From Elusimicrobiota bacterium (GTDB lineage Bacteria; Elusimicrobiota; Elusimicrobia; UBA1565; UBA9628), in the NCBI GenBank assembly GCA_023249645.1, contig JAHFCF010000008.1, positions 7,257 through 71,256 of the forward strand: a DNA stretch of 64,000 bases, written 5' to 3'. Shown here piece by piece: positions 8,317 to 17,320 of the stretch; positions within the stretch are counted from its first letter, which is position 1; every line of letters begins with the position of its first letter. The notes below the pieces were generated by a model that was not told the origin of the DNA, ran no database searches, and was given only the letters and a program-made list of their open reading frames with translations. A program made the position numbers and the translations under genes.

Positions 8317-11300
8317 TCAGTGATTGTCATCGAAGGGCAGCTTGTTCTGGCCGATCCGGAAAAGCACGAAGAAAGCGACATTGATCGCGGCGATCACGTA
8401 CCAGGTGAAGGGGAAAGCATGGGACTCTCCCCAGATCAGGGGGACCTGCTTGGCCGTGCCGTAGGTGGCCAGGGCGATGCTCGTGGCGATGTTGACGAAG
8501 GCTCCTCGGAATCCGGAGAAGTACTGCACCATGTTTGGCATCAATCTCTTCAGCGTGGCGGTGAAGTTCGCGCTGACCGTGTGCGTCGTGGGGTTGTGCA
8601 CCATGCCGAAGATGGCCAGGCTCAAGTAGAGCGACCACGGCGCCAAGTGGAAGAGGATCGGCAAAAAGCCCAGCACCAAGAGGGCCTTAGACTCAGCGCC
8701 CAGCCAATCGCGCTGTTTGATCTTCGGCGTCAGGTTGTGGATGAAGATGTAAAGCGGGATCATCACGGCGAAGACGACGGCCAGGCTGATCAAAGCGTGC
8801 GCCGACAGCAGGGCGGCCAACGACAGCTTGATCCCGGGTCCGAGGATCAGGCTTCTGGGCAGCAACAGGAGGCCCACCCAGGCGGCCATGCTCAAGGCTC
8901 CGAACCATTTCATGGCTTGTTTAAAGGTGGTCATGTGAGGGGAGATCATACCCGTGCCGGTCGGCATCTGTCCCATGTAAAAAGAGGCGAGGAGTTTTCC
9001 GAACAATTCACTCGACCCGGCGCCTTTGCCCGCCGTCTCAGTGGCCAGCACGCCCAGCACCGAGTTGCGCATGGGCAGTTCCATGAAGGCGCATATCATG
9101 ATGAAGGCCAGGCCCCATTTGAGCATGGGGTTCTTGGCGATGACCTGCGTGTAGGAGGGAGATTTCAGCAGCAGCCAGGCCGCCACGATCACGGAGGGGA
9201 GCGCGGACCTCGTCAGGAATGTGACGGGCCCAGTCCAAAGCCAAGAAACGGATAGCGGTGAAAAATGGAAGACCGGATAGGCGAGTGGAGGCAGGGGACA
9301 GAGGAAGAGGACCGCTAATCCGGCGAAGAGCAGCCCATAGCTTGCCCATCGCAGCCAGGTCCGGCGCGGGGTCGCCTTTAATATCGCATAGAGCTGCCGG
9401 CCCGCTTTATGGAGCTGTACCGCCGTGAACAGGACACTGTTCCAGAGGCGCGCGACGGGGGCGAGGATAGGCGGAGTCCTCGATGCGCGCACGTGTTTGA
9501 GGAATTCAGCGTTGACCCGAGCGTTGTCCACCTGCGGAGCGCCGACCTTGCGGCCTATGCCCGCCGGAATGGTCCGCCAGAGGACCAGCACCGGGAGCAT
9601 CTGCCCGGCGCCGGCGATGAGGAATGTCTTCATGTATCCCCAGCCGTCGACATGCTTTCCCAGCCATAGCCCCGACCCGACCGTGACGAGGATCGTGGCG
9701 ATCCGGATCATTGCTTCGTTGGAGCGCAGATCGTGCTCGTTGGTCGCCAGATCGGCCATCATGGCGAAGTCCAAAACGAACAGAAGCGCGAACTGTAGGG
9801 TGCTCAGCGCGGTCAGGACGAGCAGGGACGGGAAGCTCAGCATGGCGTACCCGATGGCCGCGGCGGTGATGAAGCTGATGACTGCCCGGAGGGCGAAATT
9901 AAAGAGGACGGCCGATTTTTTGTTTTGGATCCCGTCCATGATCTTGCCCACGGCCAGGGCCAGGCCGATGGCGATGATGCCTCCCAGCACGCCCAAGGTG
10001 AACATGCTCGCGGTGCCCACGGCCTTGATGATCATGGGGGTGTAGGCCAGGGTGATGAGCGAGCCGGCGACCATGGAGAAAAAGCGTGAGCCGAAGAGCC
10101 CCATGACCGCCGTTTTCTTCTGCTGGACGGACAAGTCGCTTTCATAAGTCAGCAGCGGGATGATCGAGGTCTTCTTCTGTTCGCTCGCCTTTATCTTTTC
10201 CCGGACAGAGACCAGATGTCCAGAGATGGACCGGACGCCCTGCAGGCCCATGTCGTCGAGCTTGTTGTCATACGCGACGATCTCCAGAGCGATGCGCGCT
10301 TCGGTCGTGCCGAGCGCGTCGAGACCGGCCATGGCCACCATGCGGTCGTTCTTGGGCTTGCCGCGGTCCGCGGCGATGGCTTGGAACTCCGCCACGAGGC
10401 CCGCGTCTGTGGCGCTTTTCTCAAGTTCAGCGCGGGCTTGAGGGGATCCGAAGGCGTCGAGGATCCTGACGGAGGCGACCCTGTCGGCCAGTACTTGCTG
10501 TCTGTCCCGGATGTTGGCGCCGAGCTGCGCGATCGCGGGAGAGACTTCCTGGACTGCCGGAGCCGCTTCGATGGCCCGGATGAAGGCCCGCAGCGCCCGC
10601 AGGGCCGTGACCCGGTCGGCGATCGGCTGGCGCGCGTTGCGGGCGACCTGGCCTAAGTCGGCGGAGAGGGGCGCGTCTTGAGCGAGGCGGACCAGGAACG
10701 ATTGGGCTTCTTCGCCGCGCGATTCGATGATCCGGATGGCCGCGATCCGATCCGCGATATTTTTTTGCTGGTTGCGCGCGATGCCGGCGAGGTCTTCAGT
10801 CGATAGATCGGAGAGCTTTGGCGCTTTGTTCGTGCCGAGCGCGTTGAGGCTGGCCATGGCCGCCATCCGGTCATTCTGGGGCCTGGCGCGATCCGCGGCA
10901 AGGACTTGAAGTGCCGCCACGAAGTCCGCATCACGAGCGCTTTTCTTGAGTTCTACGCGGGCTTGCGGGGATCCGAACGCTTGGAGGATCCTGACGGAGG
11001 AGACCCTATCGGCCGGGGGGTGTCGTTCGTCTCGGGTGTTGGCGCCGAGCTGCGAGATCGCCCAGGCGACTTCCTTGGCTGCGGGAGCTTCGTCCAGGGC
11101 CCGGGCGAGAGCCCTGAGGGCCCGCAGGGCCGCGATCCTGTCGGCGATCGGCAGGCGTGTGTCGCGGGCTGTATGGCCCAGGTCGACGGCCAAGGTCGCG
11201 TTTTGAGCCAGCCGGAGCAAAGACGGCCGGGCATCTTTTCCTTGCGACTCCACGAGCCGCAGGGCCTCGATCCGGTCTGTGATCTTTTTCTTCTGGTCAC

Positions 11301-11583
11301 GTGCGATGCCGGTCAGATCTTCCGTCGACAGAGGGGCTGCGCCGGTGATATCCGCGGCTTGCTGCGCAGGGTCTCCCTGTGGGAACAGAGGCGCGCCGGC
11401 ATCCCGCTTTCCTGGTTCAAGATCGAAATGCAGGAAGCCGAGATTCTTGGGACCCTGGGAGGCGTCCCCGGGAGGAGGAGTGCTTTTGGGAAGCGCTGCC
11501 CACGCTTGCTGGCCTGGGGAGAGGAGGATCAGGGTCGCGCAGAGCGCCCCTGCCAGAATGCGCTGCCAAAGCCGGATCCTCAC
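8317..11583 (-). CDS. Fusion protein: signal peptide + two tandem ~175-190-aa HEAT-like (PBS-lyase type) repeat units + C-terminal polytopic membrane domain (>=12 TM helices, MFS/nucleotide-transporter-like)
   Basis: N-terminal Sec signal (…PGQQAWA|A). Repeated 'ADRIAALRALRA / ADRVSSVRILQAFGSPQARVELKKSA / NDRMAAMASLNALG' motifs. The C-terminal about 600 aa is strongly hydrophobic with many helices. It is one uninterrupted frame. Confidence 0.6.
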   Translation of the reverse strand: MRIRLWQRILAGALCATLILLSPGQQAWAALPKSTPPPGDASQGPKNLGFLHFDLEPGKRDAGAPLFPQGDPAQQAADITGAAPLSTEDLTGIARDQKKKITDRIEALRLVESQGKDARPSLLRLAQNATLAVDLGHTARDTRLPIADRIAALRALRALARALDEAPAAKEVAWAISQLGANTRDERHPPADRVSSVRILQAFGSPQARVELKKSARDADFVAALQVLAADRARPQNDRMAAMASLNALGTNKAPKLSDLSTEDLAGIARNQQKNIADRIAAIRIIESRGEEAQSFLVRLAQDAPLSADLGQVARNARQPIADRVTALRALRAFIRAIEAAPAVQEVSPAIAQLGANIRDRQQVLADRVASVRILDAFGSPQARAELEKSATDAGLVAEFQAIAADRGKPKNDRMVAMAGLDALGTTEARIALEIVAYDNKLDDMGLQGVRSISGHLVSVREKIKASEQKKTSIIPLLTYESDLSVQQKKTAVMGLFGSRFFSMVAGSLITLAYTPMIIKAVGTASMFTLGVLGGIIAIGLALAVGKIMDGIQNKKSAVLFNFALRAVISFITAAAIGYAMLSFPSLLVLTALSTLQFALLFVLDFAMMADLATNEHDLRSNEAMIRIATILVTVGSGLWLGKHVDGWGYMKTFLIAGAGQMLPVLVLWRTIPAGIGRKVGAPQVDNARVNAEFLKHVRASRTPPILAPVARLWNSVLFTAVQLHKAGRQLYAILKATPRRTWLRWASYGLLFAGLAVLFLCPLPPLAYPVFHFSPLSVSWLWTGPVTFLTRSALPSVIVAAWLLLKSPSYTQVIAKNPMLKWGLAFIMICAFMELPMRNSVLGVLATETAGKGAGSSELFGKLLASFYMGQMPTGTGMISPHMTTFKQAMKWFGALSMAAWVGLLLLPRSLILGPGIKLSLAALLSAHALISLAVVFAVMIPLYIFIHNLTPKIKQRDWLGAESKALLVLGFLPILFHLAPWSLYLSLAIFGMVHNPTTHTVSANFTATLKRLMPNMVQYFSGFRGAFVNIATSIALATYGTAKQVPLIWGESHAFPFTWYVIAAINVAFFVLFRIGQNKLPFDDNH
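10190..11340 (-). repeat. Tandem direct DNA repeat (~527-bp period, 2 copies) inside the HEAT-repeat coding region
   Basis: Near-identical 45-50-mers occur at about 10442 and 10968 ('ggggatccgaaggcgtcgaggatcctgacggagg…'). The encoded protein units are about 60% identical. Confidence 0.6.
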
Positions 11584-11689
11584 GAATTCATTCTAACATG
11601 AGTGAAAAAATAACCTATAGGTCTTTGGGCTTAAAAAGGACCGGCAAAAGGCCCAGGCTGAAATAGGTCTATCGACCTATATTTTTTGG

Positions 11690-11742
11690 GGCCTTGCAAA
11701 AAAGACAGACATGTACTATAATATGTACATATTGGGGGATCC
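11690..11742 (+). promoter_or_regulatory. Putative promoter/operator of the phd-yoeB operon: TATAAT flanked by ATGTAC direct repeats, forming the perfect palindrome ATATGTACATAT
   Basis: Sequence 'acatgtacTATAATatgtacatattggggg' lies immediately 5' of the Phd ATG. Toxin-antitoxin operons are typically autoregulated at such palindromes. Confidence 0.45.
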
Positions 11743-11997
11743 ATGAGAAACATCACCGCCACGGGCGCACGCAATGATCTCTTCAACGTCATCAAGCATT
11801 CCATCAAGACGCATCAGCCTTGGCATATCACGTCCCGCGCCGGCGAGGCGGTCCTTTTGTCCTTGGAGGATTTCGAGGATCTCATGGAGACCCTGGAATT
11901 GCTCTCCACGCCGGGGGTTTTAGCGGGCGTCCGCAAGGCCAGAAAGGAGATCAGGGAAGGGAAGACCTACTCCTTCGCGCAAGTCTTCGGTCATTGA
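11743..11997 (+). CDS. Type II antitoxin, Phd/YefM family
   Basis: 84 aa. 'ARNDLFNVIKHS…HQPWHITSRAGEAVLLSLEDFEDLMETLELLS' matches the YefM fold. A YoeB toxin gene follows 3 bp later. Confidence 0.8.
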   Translation: MRNITATGARNDLFNVIKHSIKTHQPWHITSRAGEAVLLSLEDFEDLMETLELLSTPGVLAGVRKARKEIREGKTYSFAQVFGH

Positions 11998-12000
11998 ACC

Positions 12001-12255
12001 GTGCCTTACGAGATCCTCATCACGCGCCAGGCCCGCAAAGACGTCGAGATGCTCACTCCTAAGTTAAGGAACAAGTTGCGGGAACTTTTGATCCACGTCA
12101 TCTCTCAGGATCCCTATGAAGGCAAGAAGCTCTTGGGGGACCTGGCCGGGAGTTATTCTTACCGGTTAAGCTTGAAGGACCGCTTGATCTACAGCATCGA
12201 CGAGAGCAAGAAAACCGTTTACCTTGAGCGTGCCCGGACTCATTACGGGGACTAA
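12001..12255 (+). CDS. yoeB: Type II toxin, Txe/YoeB family mRNA interferase
   Basis: 84 aa, GTG start. C-terminal 'YSYRLSLKDRLIYSIDESKKTVYLERARTHY' is the YoeB signature. Confidence 0.8.
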   Translation: MPYEILITRQARKDVEMLTPKLRNKLRELLIHVISQDPYEGKKLLGDLAGSYSYRLSLKDRLIYSIDESKKTVYLERARTHYGD

Positions 12256-14189
12256 AACTTGAGCTTCTGGCACGCGGCGCGGAAGAGAAGGACGCCCATC
12301 GCAGCGAACGCCGCGACTGAGACCCAATCCGCATAGTTGCCGAACATCCCGATCAGGTTGAAGCGCTCGCCGAGATTGAGCACATTCGCGAAATAGCCTT
12401 CCTTGACGCCTGCCAGGATCGCGATGGCGATGCCGGCCAAGCATCCTCCGGCCACGAGCCCAGTCGAGTAGAGCATCCCCGAGCTGATCTCTCCCTCGGA
12501 CTCGGCTTTCTTCTGGCTGACCCAGGCGACCGCGGGATTGATCATTCCTCCCACGAAGATGGGGAAGGTGGTCGAGAGCGGCAGGTACACCCCGACGGCG
12601 ACCGGCAGCGAGCGCACGCCCAAGAGTTCCACGAAGACCGAGATGAGCATGCCGGTGAAGACCAGGCCCCAGGGAAGCTCCTGCGCCAGAAGTCCCTTGA
12701 TGAGGGTCGCCATCAAGGTCGCTTGGGGCGCGGCGAGTTTCTCCGAGCCGATGGGGCCGTAGGGCGAGGTGTGAAGAAGGAAGAGCGTCACGCCGATGAC
12801 GGCGGTTGAGGCCAAGACACCGATGATGAGGCCCAGCTGCTGCTTGTAGGGGGTCGCGCCCACGATATAGCCGGTCTTTAAGTCCTGCGAGGTCGCCCCC
12901 GCGTTGGCCGCCGCGATGCAGACGACCGCGCCCACGAAGAGCGCGATGGCCTGATACGAGGCGCCGGTCCAGCCCAGGGCCACGAAGATGAGGCAGGTGG
13001 CCATGATCGTGCCGATGGTCATCCCCGAGATGGGGTTGGAGGAGGAGCCGATGATTCCCACGATGCGGCTGGACACGGTCACGAAGAAGAAGCCGAAGAC
13101 GAGGATCAAGAACGACATGATCAGGCTCGCGGGGAACTTGCCCGGGAACTGGGGAAGCACGGACATGATCAGGGCCAGGCCGAGCGAGCCCCACAGGACG
13201 TAGGGCATAGGGATGTCCTGTTCCGTCCGCTTGAGGGCTCCGGACGCTCCCGCGTTTTTCAAGTCCTTGAGGCTCCCCTTAAACGAGGAGACGATGGTCG
13301 GGATGGTGTGGATCAGCGTGAAAAGGCCGCCGGCGGCCACGGCTCCCGCGCCGATGTAGCGCACATAGCCGCGGTAGATCTCCAGGGGCGACATCTGAGA
13401 GATGAGTAGGCCCTTCCAGCCGGGCAGCATCGTGATGGCCAGCTTGTCGCCGAAGAGGGTGATGAGCGGTATGAGGACCATCCAGGACAAGACCGAGCCG
13501 GCCACGATCTGGGCCGCGCCCTTGGGACCGATGATGTAGCCCACGCCCAGATACTCGGGCGTGATCTCCGAGCAGATCGTGGCGTTGGGGAGCTGGCAGG
13601 CGCGGCTGGTGATATAGGAGGGGGTGTCCTTCCATAGACCGAACACGCTCATGAGGAGCTTGTAGACGATGGAGGTGTAGAGGCCGGAGAAGACCACCTT
13701 GGCCAGGTTGCCGCCCTTCTCTCCGGCGACCAGCACTTCGGCGCAGGCCGTCCCCTCGGGGTAGGGAAGGACCCCGTGTTCCTTGACGATCAGGGCGCGG
13801 CGCAGCGGGATCATGAAGAGGATGCCGAGTATGCCGCCCACCAGGGCCAGGGTGAAGATCTGGAAATACTGGAAGTACTGTTCGCCGTTGGACAGGAAGA
13901 TCAGGGCGGGCACGGTGAAGACGACGCCCGCGGCGATGGACTCGCCGGCCGAGCCGATGGTCTGCACGATGTTGTTCTCAAGGATCGTGGACTTGCCGAC
14001 CTTCTTGAAGACCGCGATGGCCAGCACCGCGATGGGGATCGAGGCCGAGACGGTCAGGCCCGCGCGCAGGGCCAGGTACACGGTCGAGGCGCCGAAGATG
14101 ACGCCGAAGATCGCTCCCAGGACGACCGCCTTGAGCGAGAACTCGGCGATGGACGAGGCGTCATCGATGTAAGGCTTGAATTCGTGCAT
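12252..14189 (-). CDS. OPT-family oligopeptide transporter
   Basis: 645 aa polytopic protein with OPT superfamily conserved blocks ('NIVQTIGSAGES', 'DLKTGYIVGATP'). It is convergent with yoeB, with a 4-bp overlap. Confidence 0.8.
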   Translation of the reverse strand: MHEFKPYIDDASSIAEFSLKAVVLGAIFGVIFGASTVYLALRAGLTVSASIPIAVLAIAVFKKVGKSTILENNIVQTIGSAGESIAAGVVFTVPALIFLSNGEQYFQYFQIFTLALVGGILGILFMIPLRRALIVKEHGVLPYPEGTACAEVLVAGEKGGNLAKVVFSGLYTSIVYKLLMSVFGLWKDTPSYITSRACQLPNATICSEITPEYLGVGYIIGPKGAAQIVAGSVLSWMVLIPLITLFGDKLAITMLPGWKGLLISQMSPLEIYRGYVRYIGAGAVAAGGLFTLIHTIPTIVSSFKGSLKDLKNAGASGALKRTEQDIPMPYVLWGSLGLALIMSVLPQFPGKFPASLIMSFLILVFGFFFVTVSSRIVGIIGSSSNPISGMTIGTIMATCLIFVALGWTGASYQAIALFVGAVVCIAAANAGATSQDLKTGYIVGATPYKQQLGLIIGVLASTAVIGVTLFLLHTSPYGPIGSEKLAAPQATLMATLIKGLLAQELPWGLVFTGMLISVFVELLGVRSLPVAVGVYLPLSTTFPIFVGGMINPAVAWVSQKKAESEGEISSGMLYSTGLVAGGCLAGIAIAILAGVKEGYFANVLNLGERFNLIGMFGNYADWVSVAAFAAMGVLLFRAACQKLKF

Positions 14190-14250
14190 GGGACCTCCGT
14201 GGTCTGTTTGTCGAGAGCGTTCAGGGCGCGGATGAGGATCTGAGGGGATC

Positions 14251-15084
14251 TTATTTCGCCCCCATTATATCAGAGTCGAGGAACTCCCGGATCGCCCTTT
14301 CGACGATCTCCGATTTTTCCTCGTGGGGCACATGGCCGCATTCCGGGACGTGGAAGAATCTGGCTTGGGGCACCTCGCGGCAGAAGCGCTGGGCATCTTC
14401 GATGTGCACGAGGCAGTCATGCTCGCCGTGGATGAAGAGGACCGGGCCTTTGAGCTCGCGATAGCGCCTGAGGAAGCCCGCCACGTGTTTGTGGACGCCG
14501 CGGCGCATGGTCTCGGCGATGGAATGGCGTCCCTCGCGGGTCTGAAGGGCGATGGCGTATTCCTGGATCAGCTCCTCGGTGACGAGGTTTTGATCCAGGA
14601 AAGCCGTGGGCGCCACGACCCGGACGAGCCACGGGCCCAGGAGCGGCTCCAAGAGCCGGCCGAGCAGCGGGGTGCGCATGATGCGTATGATGCGCGGGAT
14701 GTGGCGCTCATCCACGGGCGTGCCGATCAGGACCAGGCGCGAGACGCGCGCTGGATGGTCCAGGGCCAGGGCAATCGAGATGGCGCCTCCCATGGAGCTG
14801 CCGATGAGCACGGCCTGGGGCAGGCCGAGCGTGTCCATGAAAGAGTTCAGCCAGCGCGTGAAGCCGACCAGGGAATAGTCGAAGTCGCGGGGCTTCTCCG
14901 AGCGGCCGAAGCCCGGCAGGTCAGGGGCATAGACCGCGTGGGTCTTGGCGAAGGCGGGCAGCAGACGGCGCCAGCCATAGGAGGAGGCGCCCATGCCGTG
15001 GAGGAAGATGAGAGGCTGGCCTTTCCCGCCGGAGAGCAGGTGGGTCCTGATTCCGGCGACGACGAGGGAGGACGGGGAGACCAT
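14251..15084 (-). CDS. Alpha/beta-fold hydrolase
   Basis: 277 aa. It has the nucleophile elbow 'GSSMGG', an N-terminal 'FLHGMGAS' oxyanion region, and a C-terminal 'HVPECGHVPHEE' His block. Confidence 0.8.
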   Translation of the reverse strand: MVSPSSLVVAGIRTHLLSGGKGQPLIFLHGMGASSYGWRRLLPAFAKTHAVYAPDLPGFGRSEKPRDFDYSLVGFTRWLNSFMDTLGLPQAVLIGSSMGGAISIALALDHPARVSRLVLIGTPVDERHIPRIIRIMRTPLLGRLLEPLLGPWLVRVVAPTAFLDQNLVTEELIQEYAIALQTREGRHSIAETMRRGVHKHVAGFLRRYRELKGPVLFIHGEHDCLVHIEDAQRFCREVPQARFFHVPECGHVPHEEKSEIVERAIREFLDSDIMGAK

Positions 15085-15100
15085 AAAGGATTATAGGCCT

Positions 15101-15185
15101 TTTGGACTAGAAAGGTCTAGGTCCTAATTCCCTGAAAAATTGCCCAAAGGACCCAGGCGGGTTTTTAGGCCATGGGGTATAATAA
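15101..15185 (+). promoter_or_regulatory. Conserved promoter cassette copy A (inverted-repeat operator-like GGACTAGAAAGGTCTAGGTCC + 'ccctgaaaaattgccc' + TATAAT)
   Basis: It is about 80% identical over about 95 bp to 17590..17701. It ends with 'ggtataataaatgcagATG'. Confidence 0.6.
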
Positions 15186-15917
15186 ATGCAGATGCAGGGA
15201 GATATGAACATGAACAAGAATATCTGGCCGCTTCTCGCCTTGGGCGTCGCGCTGGTTTCCGTCGGCGCGAACAGCGCCTGGGCCTTGGAGGATCTCCCTG
15301 CCGGAGGCCTCTCGCAGATCACTGGGAACGAAAAAACGTCCGAGGACGTTAAAGCGGCTGGCGACGTCAAGGCGTGGGATGTGGGTGCGGCTCTCAAAGC
15401 CAGGTTTTCCAATTTCAATGCGCGAGTTGTCCAGGCGAATCAGCAGGCTCGTCCGTGGTGTTCGTATGGACCATGCATGACGAATGGGATGGCTGCTCGC
15501 TCCGACACGCAGTCTGCTGCTCCGGACACAAAAAACTGTTGGAGGTATTGGGGAGCATGCCCGGCCGTGAATGAGCCGGCGGCAGTTCAAGCCGTCGTTC
15601 CTTTGACGCCGACGGACTTCGGGGCCGGCCATTATGCACCGTATGAAACGAGCGCCTCGCTGAAAAACAGCGCTCCTTCCGCCGGCGATCAGGCAGCCCA
15701 GACCGCCAACAACTGTTGGCGGCATTGGGGAGGGTGCGCGGCTCTGAATCTGTCGGTCGCTCCCAAAGCCGAGCTCGCGCCGAAAACAGACGCTCAGCCT
15801 GCATCAGAAACAGCCATCAGGCCTGCGCCGGAAGTCGCCCTTTGGTCTAACCGAAATTCTCATGCCATGAGGGGCTGCGCGGGTTCCGAGAGGGACTGCG
15901 ATCGGATCTGGCGGTAG
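15186..15917 (+). CDS. Secreted hypothetical protein with duplicated Cys/Trp motif N-C-W-R-[YH]-W-G-[AG]-C
   Basis: It has a signal peptide (…ANSAWA|LED). Motifs are 'KNCWRYWGACPAVNE' and 'NNCWRHWGGCAALNL', plus 'CSYGPCM'. No family was recognised. Confidence 0.5.
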   Translation: MQMQGDMNMNKNIWPLLALGVALVSVGANSAWALEDLPAGGLSQITGNEKTSEDVKAAGDVKAWDVGAALKARFSNFNARVVQANQQARPWCSYGPCMTNGMAARSDTQSAAPDTKNCWRYWGACPAVNEPAAVQAVVPLTPTDFGAGHYAPYETSASLKNSAPSAGDQAAQTANNCWRHWGGCAALNLSVAPKAELAPKTDAQPASETAIRPAPEVALWSNRNSHAMRGCAGSERDCDRIWR

Positions 15918-15920
15918 GGC

Positions 15921-17276
15921 GTGTCTTCGCCGCGCCCTCGATGGACGTTAAGCTTCCCCTGCGCGTGTCTGCTCCTGCCCTTCTCTGTTCCGTCCGCCTG
16001 GGCCCTGATCGGCAACGGGCACGACAGCTTCTTCCAGGAAGTTGAAGCGGACCTGAGGTCGCTGCGCGACGAAGCCGCCGGCCTTTCTCAAAGCGTCCAG
16101 GTCTTCCAGAGCGACATCGTCCCTTGGACCCTGCGGATCACCGCCGAGTTCGCCGATGCTCCACGCAACCTCCAGCTGCTGACGAGCGGCCAGGCAGCGG
16201 AGTGGCGTTCGGTCGGCAATCCCAACGATCCTGCTGCCTTCTGCAAGCAGGAGTTCTTGGACATCCTCTGGCACGGTTTTACCGATGCTTCCGGGCACGT
16301 TCACCGGAGCATCCATTACTATCTGGGCAAGGCCCGGTTCAGCGGTCTTTTGTCTTTGGTTCCGCTCAAGGGCACCTATTGGCCCGTGGCCGTCTGGAAG
16401 GTCCCGGATCCCTTCGACATCACCCGCGCCCAGGCTGAGGCGAAGGGTTTTGAGCAGGGGCTTCGTGAGCGTGAGGACTATTGGGCCCGGGAGAAAGCCG
16501 TCTACAATCGCTACCTGCAGGCGTTCGATCAGATGTTGTCCGTAGACCCTTCTTTGCCGTTGGTCACGGATGAATTCGGCCGTCAGCATCCGGCTTCGCT
16601 TCTCGTCTGGAGGGATCGAGAGAGGGGCCGGAGCGTCGAGGCCGAGGCTGCGGCCAAGGATTCTTTGGCGAGGCTCGATGCCGAGGCTGAAATCATCAAC
16701 CAAGAGATCTCGGCGGATGCTCCGAAGCTCCCTCTGATCTCGACATTGGCGCCGGGCCGATTAAAGGGCGTCCTGCCGATATATGCCGCTCAGTTGAGTC
16801 GACTCGAGACCCAGAGCAGGGGTTTGCTGCGAGCCGAGCTCAGGCCCCTGCTGGCTGCGTTCATTGCCGCTGACTACTATTTCATCCGATGGGCGCAAGC
16901 CGACGCTGATCTGGCGCAGATCGATCAAGCCATCCCTATCCTGGAGAGGGCTCGGGCTGGCTTCTTGGACAGCATGAAAATGTTCGATGAGGTGGCCTCG
17001 GACATCCAGGCGGATCGGATCTTTGTGGCCGCAGAGGAACACAGCGGAGAAGAGATACAGGCCATGTTCCATCGCAAGAAGGTCCTGATCCAAGACACCA
17101 TCCTGCCGCGCTTGAGGGAAGCCAAGGCTCTTCTGGGGAGCGAGACGAGCCCGGGCACGCTGCTCTGGCTCCTGCAGCAGCGCCTCTTGGCTGTGGATCC
17201 GAAAGGCGCCAGCGGGCCCTACTACGCCATTTTCTCGAATCAAGTGGCCTTGAGGGACCTGGTCGATCGGTTTTAG
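15921..17276 (+). CDS. Secreted hypothetical protein (GNPNDP-motif family); translationally coupled to the upstream Cys-motif protein
   Basis: 451 aa, GTG start 4 bp after the upstream stop. It has a signal peptide (…SAWA|LIG). It shares 'W[RS].GNPNDP[AS]A' and C-terminal 'LIQ…PRL' blocks with the 40670..41674 protein. Confidence 0.5.
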   Translation: MSSPRPRWTLSFPCACLLLPFSVPSAWALIGNGHDSFFQEVEADLRSLRDEAAGLSQSVQVFQSDIVPWTLRITAEFADAPRNLQLLTSGQAAEWRSVGNPNDPAAFCKQEFLDILWHGFTDASGHVHRSIHYYLGKARFSGLLSLVPLKGTYWPVAVWKVPDPFDITRAQAEAKGFEQGLREREDYWAREKAVYNRYLQAFDQMLSVDPSLPLVTDEFGRQHPASLLVWRDRERGRSVEAEAAAKDSLARLDAEAEIINQEISADAPKLPLISTLAPGRLKGVLPIYAAQLSRLETQSRGLLRAELRPLLAAFIAADYYFIRWAQADADLAQIDQAIPILERARAGFLDSMKMFDEVASDIQADRIFVAAEEHSGEEIQAMFHRKKVLIQDTILPRLREAKALLGSETSPGTLLWLLQQRLLAVDPKGASGPYYAIFSNQVALRDLVDRF

Positions 17277-17320
17277 CCGGAGGTAAGAGCTCGCTCCAGT
17301 GAAGTTTCGACCAGCGCAAG

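Noticed and set aside
12166-13194. 342-aa minus-strand ORF overlapping the OPT transporter in another frame
   Set aside because: It is an Arg/Gly/His-rich alternative frame of a well-supported membrane protein gene.
15107-15418. Minus-strand ORFs 15107..15418 and 17602..17829 sharing the C-terminus '…GQFFRE[LF]GP.PF'
   Set aside because: They are reverse-strand read-throughs of the duplicated promoter cassette. The shared peptide only reflects the DNA repeat.
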